A stretch of 64,000 nucleotides of DNA from a bacterium. Its GTDB lineage: Bacteria > Krumholzibacteriota > Krumholzibacteriia > LZORAL124-64-63. A model generated the notes under the pieces. The model was not told the DNA's origin. It saw only the letters and a list, made by a program, of their open reading frames with translations, and searched no databases. Positions 38,369 through 46,450 of the stretch are shown one piece after another; position 1 is the stretch's first letter; the number at the start of each line of letters is the position of its first letter. The translations under genes were made by a program, and so were the position numbers. The stretch spans positions 80,033 to 144,032 of the forward strand of contig JAAEQC010000102.1 in NCBI GenBank assembly GCA_024231905.1, written 5' to 3'.

Positions 38369-38670
38369 GGCGTCTCCTCCGGGTCCGCGGCCGGGTCGGG
38401 CACCTGGAGGGTGGCCAACTGGGAGAAGGTGAGCGGCTCGGATGGGGGCCGGATCGTGGTCAACCTGATATCGCCGGGTTCCAGTTCGCGCAGGCGGGCC
38501 AGTTCGCCGGTGGCCTCGCACAGGCAGCCCTTGCCCTGGCAGAAGCCCGTGCCCACGCCGGTGTACCGCTTGAGGGACTCCAACTCCGTGAAACCCTCGC
38601 GGAAGGCCGCGGTGAACTCGTCTACGGTCACGTCCTCGCAGCGACAGAGGAAGATCTTGGGCTTGCTCAT
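38365..38670 (-). CDS. BFD-like [2Fe-2S]-binding subunit
   Basis: LCRCEDVT…LKRYTGVGTGFCQGKGC…TIRPP. Confidence 0.88.
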   Translation of the reverse strand: MSKPKIFLCRCEDVTVDEFTAAFREGFTELESLKRYTGVGTGFCQGKGCLCEATGELARLRELEPGDIRLTTIRPPSEPLTFSQLATLQVPDPAADPEETP

Positions 38671-40049
38671 GACGCCTCCCCGGCGCCGGCCAGCACCGTC
38701 TCCGGTGTCTCGCCGGCGGCCTCGCCGACGAACGTCACCTCGGGACCGTTCGGCACCGTCGTCGACCAGCCGGAACCGGTGCAACCGCGGGGTACGAAGC
38801 CGCCTTGTTCGGGCGCCAGATGCAGGTCCACACCCAGCTGGTAAGGGATGTCGTAGATCGGCTTCGCCCGGCGGCAGACCACCACCAGATCCGCGTCCAG
38901 GGTCAGACGGCCGCCGCCGCCGGGACCGGGGCCGGGGACGAATTCGGCCCGCAGGCCGCTGCCGTCGGCAGCGGTGTGGGCGCGGTCCAGCACCAGGCCC
39001 GTGTGCAGGGGCCAGCGCCGGGCCACCGCCGTGGCCAGGTCCGTGCCGTTGTCGTCGCTTTCCAGGAGGATGGACGGGTGTGCGCCGCGGGTTTCCAGCA
39101 ACGCCGCGGCCAACCAAAGATCCTGGCCGCCGCCCACCAGCAGGATCGTGCGCCCGGTCACGTCCAGACCGTCGCGCACCAGGAGCCGCAGCAGGGCGCG
39201 GGTTCCCAGCACGCCGGGGACGTCGTTGCCCGGGAAGAGCCCGGGGGCGTCCAGGGCGCCGGCCGCCCACACCAGCCGGTCACAGGCGAGGGTGGCGAGC
39301 TCGGCACCGTGGCGCAGGACCAAGCCGCCCGGATGGTAGCCGGCCACCACCCGCACGCCGGTCCGCAGGTCCACATCCGCGGCGGCCACCCCCTCGGCCA
39401 GGTGGTTCAGGCCGGCGCGGGCCGAGGTCAAACCGGCGAAACCGTCGAGGCAGCCCGCGGCCGCGGCCTCGTCCAGGGCCGCCAGGCGCAGTCCGCCGGG
39501 AGCGTCGTTCTCGTCCACCAGGACCACCGGACCGTCGGACGTCAGCGCCGCGGACAGCCCCGCGGGCCCGGCGCCCACCACCACTGTGGGGATACGGCCC
39601 AGATCCGTCGCCGGTTCTGCCTCCGCCTCGGCCCGTTCGGGCAGGCGGCCCACACCGGTCAGGGGACGGATGGCCGACAGAAAGACTCGGCTCAGGATCG
39701 CCGGCTTGGTGAACCACTTGTAATAGAAGCCCACGGGGACCAGGTCCCCGCCCACCGCCAGCATCTTCTGCATGGGGGCGCCATAGAAAGCTCCAGCGTC
39801 CTGGCGCTCGACCACCATGCCGTCCCGCAGGGGCGTTTCGCACACGCGCACGTTGGGCACGCCGTCCACGCGCATGAGGCAGGCGGTGCACTGGCCGCGG
39901 GCGCAGGTCACGCCGCGGGGGCGGCCGTACTTGGGACTGTGGGAGAGGTGGCGGATTCCGGCTTCCCAGAGGGCGGTCGCGATGCTGGTGCCCGTGCGGC
40001 AGATCAGGTCGCGTCCCTCGAAGCGGATGGTCGCCTTGTCACCGGCCAA
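38667..40049 (-). CDS. Sarcosine oxidase/proline dehydrogenase alpha-like subunit (2Fe-2S + nucleotide-binding oxidoreductase)
   Basis: SIATAL…SHSPKYGRPRGVTCARGQCTAC…PNVRVC, GFYYK, GAGPAGLSAA, FPGNDVPGV. Confidence 0.85.
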   Translation of the reverse strand: MAGDKATIRFEGRDLICRTGTSIATALWEAGIRHLSHSPKYGRPRGVTCARGQCTACLMRVDGVPNVRVCETPLRDGMVVERQDAGAFYGAPMQKMLAVGGDLVPVGFYYKWFTKPAILSRVFLSAIRPLTGVGRLPERAEAEAEPATDLGRIPTVVVGAGPAGLSAALTSDGPVVLVDENDAPGGLRLAALDEAAAAGCLDGFAGLTSARAGLNHLAEGVAAADVDLRTGVRVVAGYHPGGLVLRHGAELATLACDRLVWAAGALDAPGLFPGNDVPGVLGTRALLRLLVRDGLDVTGRTILLVGGGQDLWLAAALLETRGAHPSILLESDDNGTDLATAVARRWPLHTGLVLDRAHTAADGSGLRAEFVPGPGPGGGGRLTLDADLVVVCRRAKPIYDIPYQLGVDLHLAPEQGGFVPRGCTGSGWSTTVPNGPEVTFVGEAAGETPETVLAGAGEAS

Positions 40050-40300
40050 GCTGGATCCTTTCCGGGAGCCGCGGCGGGCAGGCGCGGCGCCGCACTTGCG
40101 GCGCGGGCGATCCCGCCGGGGGTGGAACTCCGAAAATAGGACGCGCCCCCGGGCGCGGCAAGGACGCGATGCCCGGCAGTAGACCGTGCTTTCCTCCTGG
40201 CGCGTGGAGCATATATTTGATGGAGTCGAAACCCTTTAGGAGTACAGCACTCCTCTTACGGAGGCGTGCAATCCGGCCAACGGCCGCGACGAGGTGGATC

Positions 40301-41671
40301 ATGGCGGACAAGAATTTTGCCGATGTGCGCGAGGTCATCGAGAGTGAAAGCATCGAGTTCATCGACCTGAAGATGCTCGACCTGGCTGGCCGGCTGCACC
40401 ATATCTCCTATCCCGTGGAGCGTTTTACCGAGGAATCCTGCAAGGACGGCATCGGCTTCGACGGGTCGAGCTACGGTTTCCTCAAGGTCGAGAACAGCGA
40501 CATGGTCCTGGTGCCCGACCTGGCGACCCAAGCGCGGGACCCCTTCCGGCGCCGGCCCACCCTGTCCATGTTCGCCGAGGCGCGCCTGACCGACGCCGAC
40601 CGCACGCCCTTCGACCAGGACGCCCGCGGCCTGGCCCGCCGAGCCGAACAGGCTTTGGCCGACGCCGGTGTGGCCGACAAGAGCATGTGGGGACCGGAGT
40701 ACGAATTCCACATCTTCGAGGAGGCCGAGTTCCTCACCGAGAACAACGACTCGGCCTTCGGTGTGCGCAGCGGCGAGATCTTCTACAGCAACGCCTACCA
40801 TGCCTGCAATCCCTTCGACCGCTACGACGACTTCCGGGACGAGGCCTGCGCGGTCATGAAGGACTTCGGCATCCCGGTCCGCTACCACCACCACGAGGTG
40901 GGGGCCCAGGGCCAGCAGGAGATCGAGGGCTGGTTCCATGACCTGGTCACCACCGGCGACCACGCCGTCCTGACCAAGTACATCCTGTTGAACCTGGCCG
41001 AGGAGCGGGACCTGAAGCTCACCTTCATGCCCAAGCCCCTGCACGGCAACGCCGGCAGCGGCTGGCATCTGCACCAGTTCCTGACCAAGCAGGGCCACAA
41101 CGTCTTCCACGAGGACGGCGGCTATGCCGAACTCTCGCAGACGGCCCTCCACTACATCGGCGGCATCCTGCGCCACGCCGACGCCCTGTGCGCCCTGACC
41201 AACCCCAGCACCAACAGCTTCAAGCGTCTGGTGCCCGGCTTCGAGGCGCCCACCGCCCGCACCTTCGGCCGTTCGAACCGGGGCGCTGCCATCCGTGTCC
41301 CCAGCTACGTGACCGACCCCGAGGAGCGGCGCATTGAGTACCGTCCCCCGGATCTGACAGCCAACCCGTACCTCTGCGCCTCGGCCATCCTCATGGCCGG
41401 GCTCGACGGCATCATCAACCGCACCGATCCGGGCGATGCGGGCTGCGCTCCGGCGGACGCCCCGAGCGACGGCAGCCGCCACGAGGACTTCCTGCCGCGT
41501 TCCCTGGACGATGCCCTGGACGCTCTCGAGGACGACCACCAGTTCCTGTTGCGCGGCGACGTCTTCCCCGAGTCGCTCATCCGGCGCTGGGTTGAGATCA
41601 AGCGGGCGGAGATTGCTGCCATCAACCAGCGTCCGCACCCCTTCGAGTACACCATGTACTTCGACTTCTAG
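40301..41671 (+). CDS. glnA: Glutamine synthetase type I
   Basis: FDGSS, GPEYEF, HHEV…GQQEI, TFMPKP…GSGWHLH, NSFKRLVPGFEAP, NRGAAIRVP, RIEYRPPD, HPFEY. Confidence 0.93.
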   Translation: MADKNFADVREVIESESIEFIDLKMLDLAGRLHHISYPVERFTEESCKDGIGFDGSSYGFLKVENSDMVLVPDLATQARDPFRRRPTLSMFAEARLTDADRTPFDQDARGLARRAEQALADAGVADKSMWGPEYEFHIFEEAEFLTENNDSAFGVRSGEIFYSNAYHACNPFDRYDDFRDEACAVMKDFGIPVRYHHHEVGAQGQQEIEGWFHDLVTTGDHAVLTKYILLNLAEERDLKLTFMPKPLHGNAGSGWHLHQFLTKQGHNVFHEDGGYAELSQTALHYIGGILRHADALCALTNPSTNSFKRLVPGFEAPTARTFGRSNRGAAIRVPSYVTDPEERRIEYRPPDLTANPYLCASAILMAGLDGIINRTDPGDAGCAPADAPSDGSRHEDFLPRSLDDALDALEDDHQFLLRGDVFPESLIRRWVEIKRAEIAAINQRPHPFEYTMYFDF

Positions 41672-41689
41672 CCGAACCGTGCCAGAATG

Positions 41690-41720
41690 GGAGGGACCGC
41701 CGCCGGGCGGTCCCTCTTTT
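41690..41720 (+). terminator. Rho-independent terminator after glnA
   Basis: GAGGGACCGCC…GGCGGTCCCTC followed by TTTT. Confidence 0.75.
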
Positions 41721-41741
41721 CATTCCGCCGAGGAGCGAGCC

Positions 41742-42134
41742 ATGATCGAGATCAGTCTGCGCACGGGCGGTCGTACGGATTTCGTGGACGTGACCGCCGA
41801 GGTCCGCCGTGCCGCCACCGAACTGGGGATCACCGACGGCGCCCTGGTCGTCTTCAACCCCCACACAACCGCCGGTGTGACGGTGAACGAGGGCGCCGAC
41901 CCGGACGTGGTCCGCGACAAGGCCGTGGCCCTGGACAAACTCGTACCCTGGGAGGACGGCTACCGCCACGCCGAAGGCAACAGCGCCGCCCACATCAAGG
42001 CCAGCCTCTACGGCTCGTCGGTGACGCTCCTGGTGGCGGATGGAGAACTGCGCCTGGGCACCTGGCAGACCGTGTGGTTCGCCGAGTTCGACGGGCCGCG
42101 CACCCGGCGCCTGTGGGTGTCGAAGGCGGGCTAG
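41742..42134 (+). CDS. YjbQ/UPF0047 family protein (paralog 2)
   Basis: PHTTAGVTVNEGADPDV, HAEGNSAAHIKASL, LGTWQ…EFDGPR. Confidence 0.92.
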   Translation: MIEISLRTGGRTDFVDVTAEVRRAATELGITDGALVVFNPHTTAGVTVNEGADPDVVRDKAVALDKLVPWEDGYRHAEGNSAAHIKASLYGSSVTLLVADGELRLGTWQTVWFAEFDGPRTRRLWVSKAG

Positions 42135-43156
42135 GGGCGGACCGGAAAGATACCCGACAGCTGATCGAGGGTTGTCTTGGCCGTCAAGGTGACGCGCCCT
42201 ACCGCGCAGGATGTGTCCGCGGCCGTGAAGCGGCTGGGCCGCAGACTGACGGTGCCACGGAAGCCCAGATCCCGGGCCAGGCTGTCCAGGTCGGCGGTGG
42301 CGAAGCCGTAGGGCCAGGCCAACCAGCGGGGGGACCTGCCCACGTGCCGGGCGATCTCGAAGCGGCTGGCGGCCAGGTCCACCAGGACCGGTTGCCACGG
42401 CCCCGACGGCGGCAGGGGCGTGCCTTCGCCCAGTGCCGCCCGGTTGGCGGCGGCCACTTCGGCGGGAATGGCCCCGGGGTGCCAGAAGACCGGCTCGTGA
42501 TCCCCGGTGGTGCGCACCTTGAAGTGGAGCGACCGGGTGTGGGACTCCACGAGTACGTGACCCGAGGCGGCCATCTCCGCCAGCTCCGCCCAGCTGCACA
42601 CGTCCAGATCGCTCCAGGCGCGCCCCGCTTCCCCGGTGGGGACGAAGAGATGAGCCCGCACGCCGTACTCCTGGAGCAGGGGCCAGGCCAGCTCGTACAC
42701 GCTGCGGTCGGCGTCGTCGATGGTGAGGATCACCGCTTTGGTGGGCAAGGGCTTATTGGCGGCATTGAGGTCAGCAACTTCATCAAGCGTAACGACTTCT
42801 ATCCCGGAATTGCGAAAATACTCGAGGTGTCGCGCTAGCTCCGCGCGGGGTGTCGTCCAGAACTCGCGGTCCCCCAGGGCGGGCAGTCCGAAGAGGAGGG
42901 AGCCCACGACCCGGGCCAGGTAGTCCGGGTCGAAGTCGGCCCGGAAGTAGTGGTAGCAGAGGACGGGAACGCCGGGGGTGTCGTCCACGAATTCGAAGCT
43001 GGCCAGGTGGGGCGGATCCAGCTGATGCAGGGAGACGGGCTCCTCGAGGGCTTCTTCGCCGCCGCCGCAGCCGGTGGCGAACAGGAGGCAGGCCAGCACC
43101 GCGGCGGTCGGGACGCACGGGTGGTGGCGGGTTCGGTGGTCCATGACCGCGTCCAT
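42131..43156 (-). CDS. Polysaccharide deacetylase lipoprotein (PgaB N-domain/IcaB-like)
   Basis: Lipobox FATG-C, PVLCYH, ILTIDDA, ESHTRSLH, LAWPYG NodB motifs. Confidence 0.85.
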   Translation of the reverse strand: MDAVMDHRTRHHPCVPTAAVLACLLFATGCGGGEEALEEPVSLHQLDPPHLASFEFVDDTPGVPVLCYHYFRADFDPDYLARVVGSLLFGLPALGDREFWTTPRAELARHLEYFRNSGIEVVTLDEVADLNAANKPLPTKAVILTIDDADRSVYELAWPLLQEYGVRAHLFVPTGEAGRAWSDLDVCSWAELAEMAASGHVLVESHTRSLHFKVRTTGDHEPVFWHPGAIPAEVAAANRAALGEGTPLPPSGPWQPVLVDLAASRFEIARHVGRSPRWLAWPYGFATADLDSLARDLGFRGTVSLRPSRFTAADTSCAVGRVTLTAKTTLDQLSGIFPVRP

Positions 43157-44604
43157 CAGAAGAGTGCCCGCAGGGACACGTTGGCGAAGGTCCGGCTGTA
43201 GCCGCTGGCGGTGGCGAAACTGCTCTTGGCGTAGCCGGCCTCCAGGGCCGCAAGCCAGCCGCTGGCGAAGCGCCAGCCCACCCGGCCGGAGGCGCTGCCC
43301 ACTGAGACCGCGTCGGCGCCGGCCTCGCGCTCGGTGCCCAGGCTGCCGCCCAGGCGCCAGGTCGTGCGTCGCGAGCGGGTGGCCAGGGTCAATTCGAAAC
43401 TGCCACTGCGTACCCAGTCCGGCGCCCAGTAGCCGCCGGGGTAGGGGTCGCGGTAATCCATGTACGACACCACCGGTCCAGCCGTCACCTGGATGCGGCC
43501 CTCCCGGCGCCACTTGAGACTGGCACTGCCGCGGCGGCGCAGGTTGCCGTCGCTGTAGTCAGCCAGGCTGCCCTGGGCGTCGCAGGCCCAGTGGCGGGCC
43601 AGGCGCCACTCGGCCGACAGGCTCCCCTGCTCCAGGTGGAGACGGCGGCCGAAGGCGGTGTAGGTCTCCACCGCCTGGCTGGCCGCGCCCAGATCCGTCC
43701 GCCAGCGCGGGGCCGGCAACCAGGTGAGCCAGGCGTCGCCGCCGGTGCGGGTCCAGTCCAGTTCGCCGTTGCCAGCGGCCAAAGGACCGTCGCTGCGGAA
43801 GTGGTCCACCCAGCCGTAGGCGTGGAGAGACCAGTTGCGGGCCAGGGCCGTTGCCAGCCCGGCGCCCAGGCGCGGCGCCGTGACGTGGGGCCGGCCGGGC
43901 TGGGAGTAGCGGGCCACCGAGGGCATGATCTGCAGTAGCTTGTTGCCGGCGACGGTCACGGCGCCGTGGGCGGAGACCCGGTAGCGGTCCAGGTCGTCCG
44001 AGTCCCAGGCCGCGTCCACCCGCAGGTCCAGGTGGGGCGTGTAGCCGTCGAGGGTGGTCAGGAGGAAGGCGCCCGCTTCCCGGCCCGGCGCCGCGTCGCC
44101 GTCGAATTCCGTCTCCACCCGGCGCAGCACGCCGTAGCCCCCGTGGAGGCGGTTGTCCCAGACCAGGGTGCGGCCCAGGCCCACCCGGGCGTCGCCGTCG
44201 GCGGAGTCCTCGTCCACGAGGGAGCGGTACAGGGCCACGGCCGCCGGTTGCCGTCCACTCCAGCTGAGAGCCAGGGCCAAGCCCGAACGCACCCGGCGGT
44301 CAGCCTGACCCGGATGGCGGGCCAGGTGGCGGCGGAAGTAAAAGACGGCCCGTTCGGCGTCCTCCCGCCACAGTTTCTGGTAGGCGATCTCCTGGGCCAC
44401 TTCGGGCACCAGACTCGCGTCCTGGGCCAAGGCCTCCAGGTAGTCGGCCACGGCCTCGTGGTGGCGGTCGGCGCCGGCGGCGGTCCGGGCGGCCGCCACC
44501 TTGGCCCGGGCCGCCTCGGGATCGATGACCGTCGAGTCGGGCGCCGCGGCGTGGGCGCAGGCGGTCCAGATCAACAGCACGGACAGGGTGCGCAGCAGGG
44601 TCAT
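43156..44604 (-). CDS. TPR + beta-barrel outer membrane export protein (PgaA-like)
   Basis: Signal peptide, TPR-like LALALSWSGR / ARVGLGRTLVW, amphipathic beta strands, C-terminal F. Located in an operon with a GT2 and a deacetylase. Confidence 0.7.
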   Translation of the reverse strand: MTLLRTLSVLLIWTACAHAAAPDSTVIDPEAARAKVAAARTAAGADRHHEAVADYLEALAQDASLVPEVAQEIAYQKLWREDAERAVFYFRRHLARHPGQADRRVRSGLALALSWSGRQPAAVALYRSLVDEDSADGDARVGLGRTLVWDNRLHGGYGVLRRVETEFDGDAAPGREAGAFLLTTLDGYTPHLDLRVDAAWDSDDLDRYRVSAHGAVTVAGNKLLQIMPSVARYSQPGRPHVTAPRLGAGLATALARNWSLHAYGWVDHFRSDGPLAAGNGELDWTRTGGDAWLTWLPAPRWRTDLGAASQAVETYTAFGRRLHLEQGSLSAEWRLARHWACDAQGSLADYSDGNLRRRGSASLKWRREGRIQVTAGPVVSYMDYRDPYPGGYWAPDWVRSGSFELTLATRSRRTTWRLGGSLGTEREAGADAVSVGSASGRVGWRFASGWLAALEAGYAKSSFATASGYSRTFANVSLRALF

Positions 44605-44606
44605 GG

Positions 44607-45875
44607 CTACTCCCTGACCGGTTTCCAGAGCGTGTATTTCCGCTGCTGGCGGTTGACGTTCAGGCCCTGGGGCGCCGAGATGACGGTGATGGCCGCCAGG
44701 AGGATCCAGTAGACCAGCGGGTAGAAGACAGCCACCACGAAGTACCGGGGCAGCTTCCGGTCGTAGTTCCGGTCCAGGAAGACACCGGTCACCAGTTGGA
44801 CCAGGCACACGGTGGCGATGAGCATGCCCCAGAAGTTGGGGATGGGTGAGGCCCCGATGGGCGGGAAGCCCAGGGCGTAGCTCACCAGCCAGATGAACGA
44901 CAGGATGACGTAGGCGTAGGCCCAGCCCACCGACAGGCACGACTCCACCAGCACCGGCCAGAAGCGGCGGTGGCGCCAGGCCAACAGGGAGCGGCCGTGC
45001 CGGACCAGGACCTGGCTCAGTCCCACGGCCCAGCGCCGGCGCTGGCGCCACAGACCGTGCAGGGACTGGGGGACCCGCATCCACATGACCGCGTTGGCCT
45101 CGTAGCGCACATCCCAGTGGCGTAGTTGCAGGCGCCAAGTCAGGTCGATGTCCTCGGTGGCCATTTCCGGGCTGTACAGTCCCACGTCGTAAAGGGCGCT
45201 GCGGCGGAAGATCCCCACCACGCCGCTCATGGTCATGATGCGTCCCCATACCCTCTGGGCACGCCGCATGAGCGAGATGATCGAGGCGAACTCGATGGCC
45301 TGCAGCTTGGCCAGGAAGCTGTCCCGGTTCACCACGCGCGGGTTGCCGGTCACGGCGGCGCAGCGCGGCGAGTCGAAGTGGGGGACGAGCCAGCGCAGGA
45401 TGTCCGGGGCGGGTTCGGCGTCGGCGTCCATGACGAAGACCAGCTCCCCGCGGGTCAGGGGGATGGCGTCGTTCAGGGCCATGGCCTTGCCCTCGTTCAC
45501 CCGCTTGCGCAGCACCCTGACCCGGGCGTCCACCAGGTAGGGCCGGATGCGGTCGAAGGTGGCGTCGGTGGAGGAGTCGTCCACCACCAGCACCTCGAAC
45601 TCCGGGTAGTCCACGGCCAGGACCGCGGCCAGGGTGTCGCCCAGGTTCCCTTCCTCGTTGAAGGCGGGGATGACGAAGGACACGAAGGGCGTCTTGTCCG
45701 TGGCGTAGAAGGCCTGTTTCTCCTGGGGGTCCGAGGACTCGCGCCGCACGTAGTAGATGAGGGCCGTGAAGATCCACACGCAGCTGGTGACCAGGGGGTA
45801 CCAGGCGAAGTAGACGAGCATGGCCGTGTACCACCAGGTGTGCTGCAGGCGCACGACGAGACTCAGGAGGTCCAT
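44607..45875 (-). CDS. pgaC: Poly-beta-1,6-N-acetylglucosamine synthase-like GT2
   Basis: IPAFNEE, DDSSTD, GKAMALN, DADA, VTGNPR, TEDIDLTW, QRRRW, C-terminal TM helices and W-x-P-x-R end. Confidence 0.88.
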   Translation of the reverse strand: MDLLSLVVRLQHTWWYTAMLVYFAWYPLVTSCVWIFTALIYYVRRESSDPQEKQAFYATDKTPFVSFVIPAFNEEGNLGDTLAAVLAVDYPEFEVLVVDDSSTDATFDRIRPYLVDARVRVLRKRVNEGKAMALNDAIPLTRGELVFVMDADAEPAPDILRWLVPHFDSPRCAAVTGNPRVVNRDSFLAKLQAIEFASIISLMRRAQRVWGRIMTMSGVVGIFRRSALYDVGLYSPEMATEDIDLTWRLQLRHWDVRYEANAVMWMRVPQSLHGLWRQRRRWAVGLSQVLVRHGRSLLAWRHRRFWPVLVESCLSVGWAYAYVILSFIWLVSYALGFPPIGASPIPNFWGMLIATVCLVQLVTGVFLDRNYDRKLPRYFVVAVFYPLVYWILLAAITVISAPQGLNVNRQQRKYTLWKPVRE

Positions 45876-46240
45876 CAGGACTCCTCCCCGTCGACGATCC
45901 GGTAGACCTTGTGGCCGGCGGCGTCGCCCTCGATGATCACGGTGGTGGCGGCCTGGAGTTCCGCGCGGGACGGCGCCATCAGCGACCGGCCCAGGTGATC
46001 GTGGGTGAAGGGTTCGGGGGGCGCGGCGAAGCCCTGGCGCCGGCCCAGGCGGGCCGAGAGCCGCAGGTTGTGGCTCACCCACAGCAGGGTGATCACCAGT
46101 CCCGCCAGGACGATGCCCGCCAGCACCAGCAGGGCCACGCCGCTGTCGGCGGTGATCTGCCGCTGGGCGACCACGTACCAGTAGTAGCCCAGGAGGCACC
46201 ACAGGAGGATGGAGATGAAGATGTGCCACGCGTGGCGCAT
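45875..46240 (-). CDS. Small two-TM protein, PgaD-like
   Basis: Two TM helices, W-x-x-HN…RR pattern, coupled to pgaC start. Confidence 0.6.
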   Translation of the reverse strand: MRHAWHIFISILLWCLLGYYWYVVAQRQITADSGVALLVLAGIVLAGLVITLLWVSHNLRLSARLGRRQGFAAPPEPFTHDHLGRSLMAPSRAELQAATTVIIEGDAAGHKVYRIVDGEES

Positions 46241-46272
46241 GCCGTTGACGCTCCCGCCGGCCGGTGCGCGGG

Positions 46273-46301
46273 TTGACCGCGCCCTGTCCGCCGCTTAGAC
46301 T
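46273..46301 (+). promoter_or_regulatory. sigma70 promoter of alaS
   Basis: TTGACC-N17-TAGACT. Confidence 0.6.
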
Positions 46302-46450
46302 ATCGCCTCTGTTCCAGGCGACGGCCCACCCACCCGTCCGGCACTTCCGGCAGGTGGCGACGACCGTCCCTGAACTTCACTGTCTGCAATCGGTTTCGGC
46401 AATTCCGGGACCGAATTGACCTTCAATCGCCGCCGTGCACAGGAGCCGCC

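Noticed and set aside
37184..41671. N-methylglutamate pathway (gmaS + mgd) or HCN synthase
   Set aside because: The GS keeps canonical ammonium-site motifs (FDGSS, GFEAP), there are no mgs or gamma/delta subunits, and the motifs fit proline/sarcosine dehydrogenase-like enzymes better.
46302..46450. T-box riboswitch in the alaS leader
   Set aside because: Only a weak AGGTGGCGAC match. No recognisable stem I, specifier loop or terminator/antiterminator.
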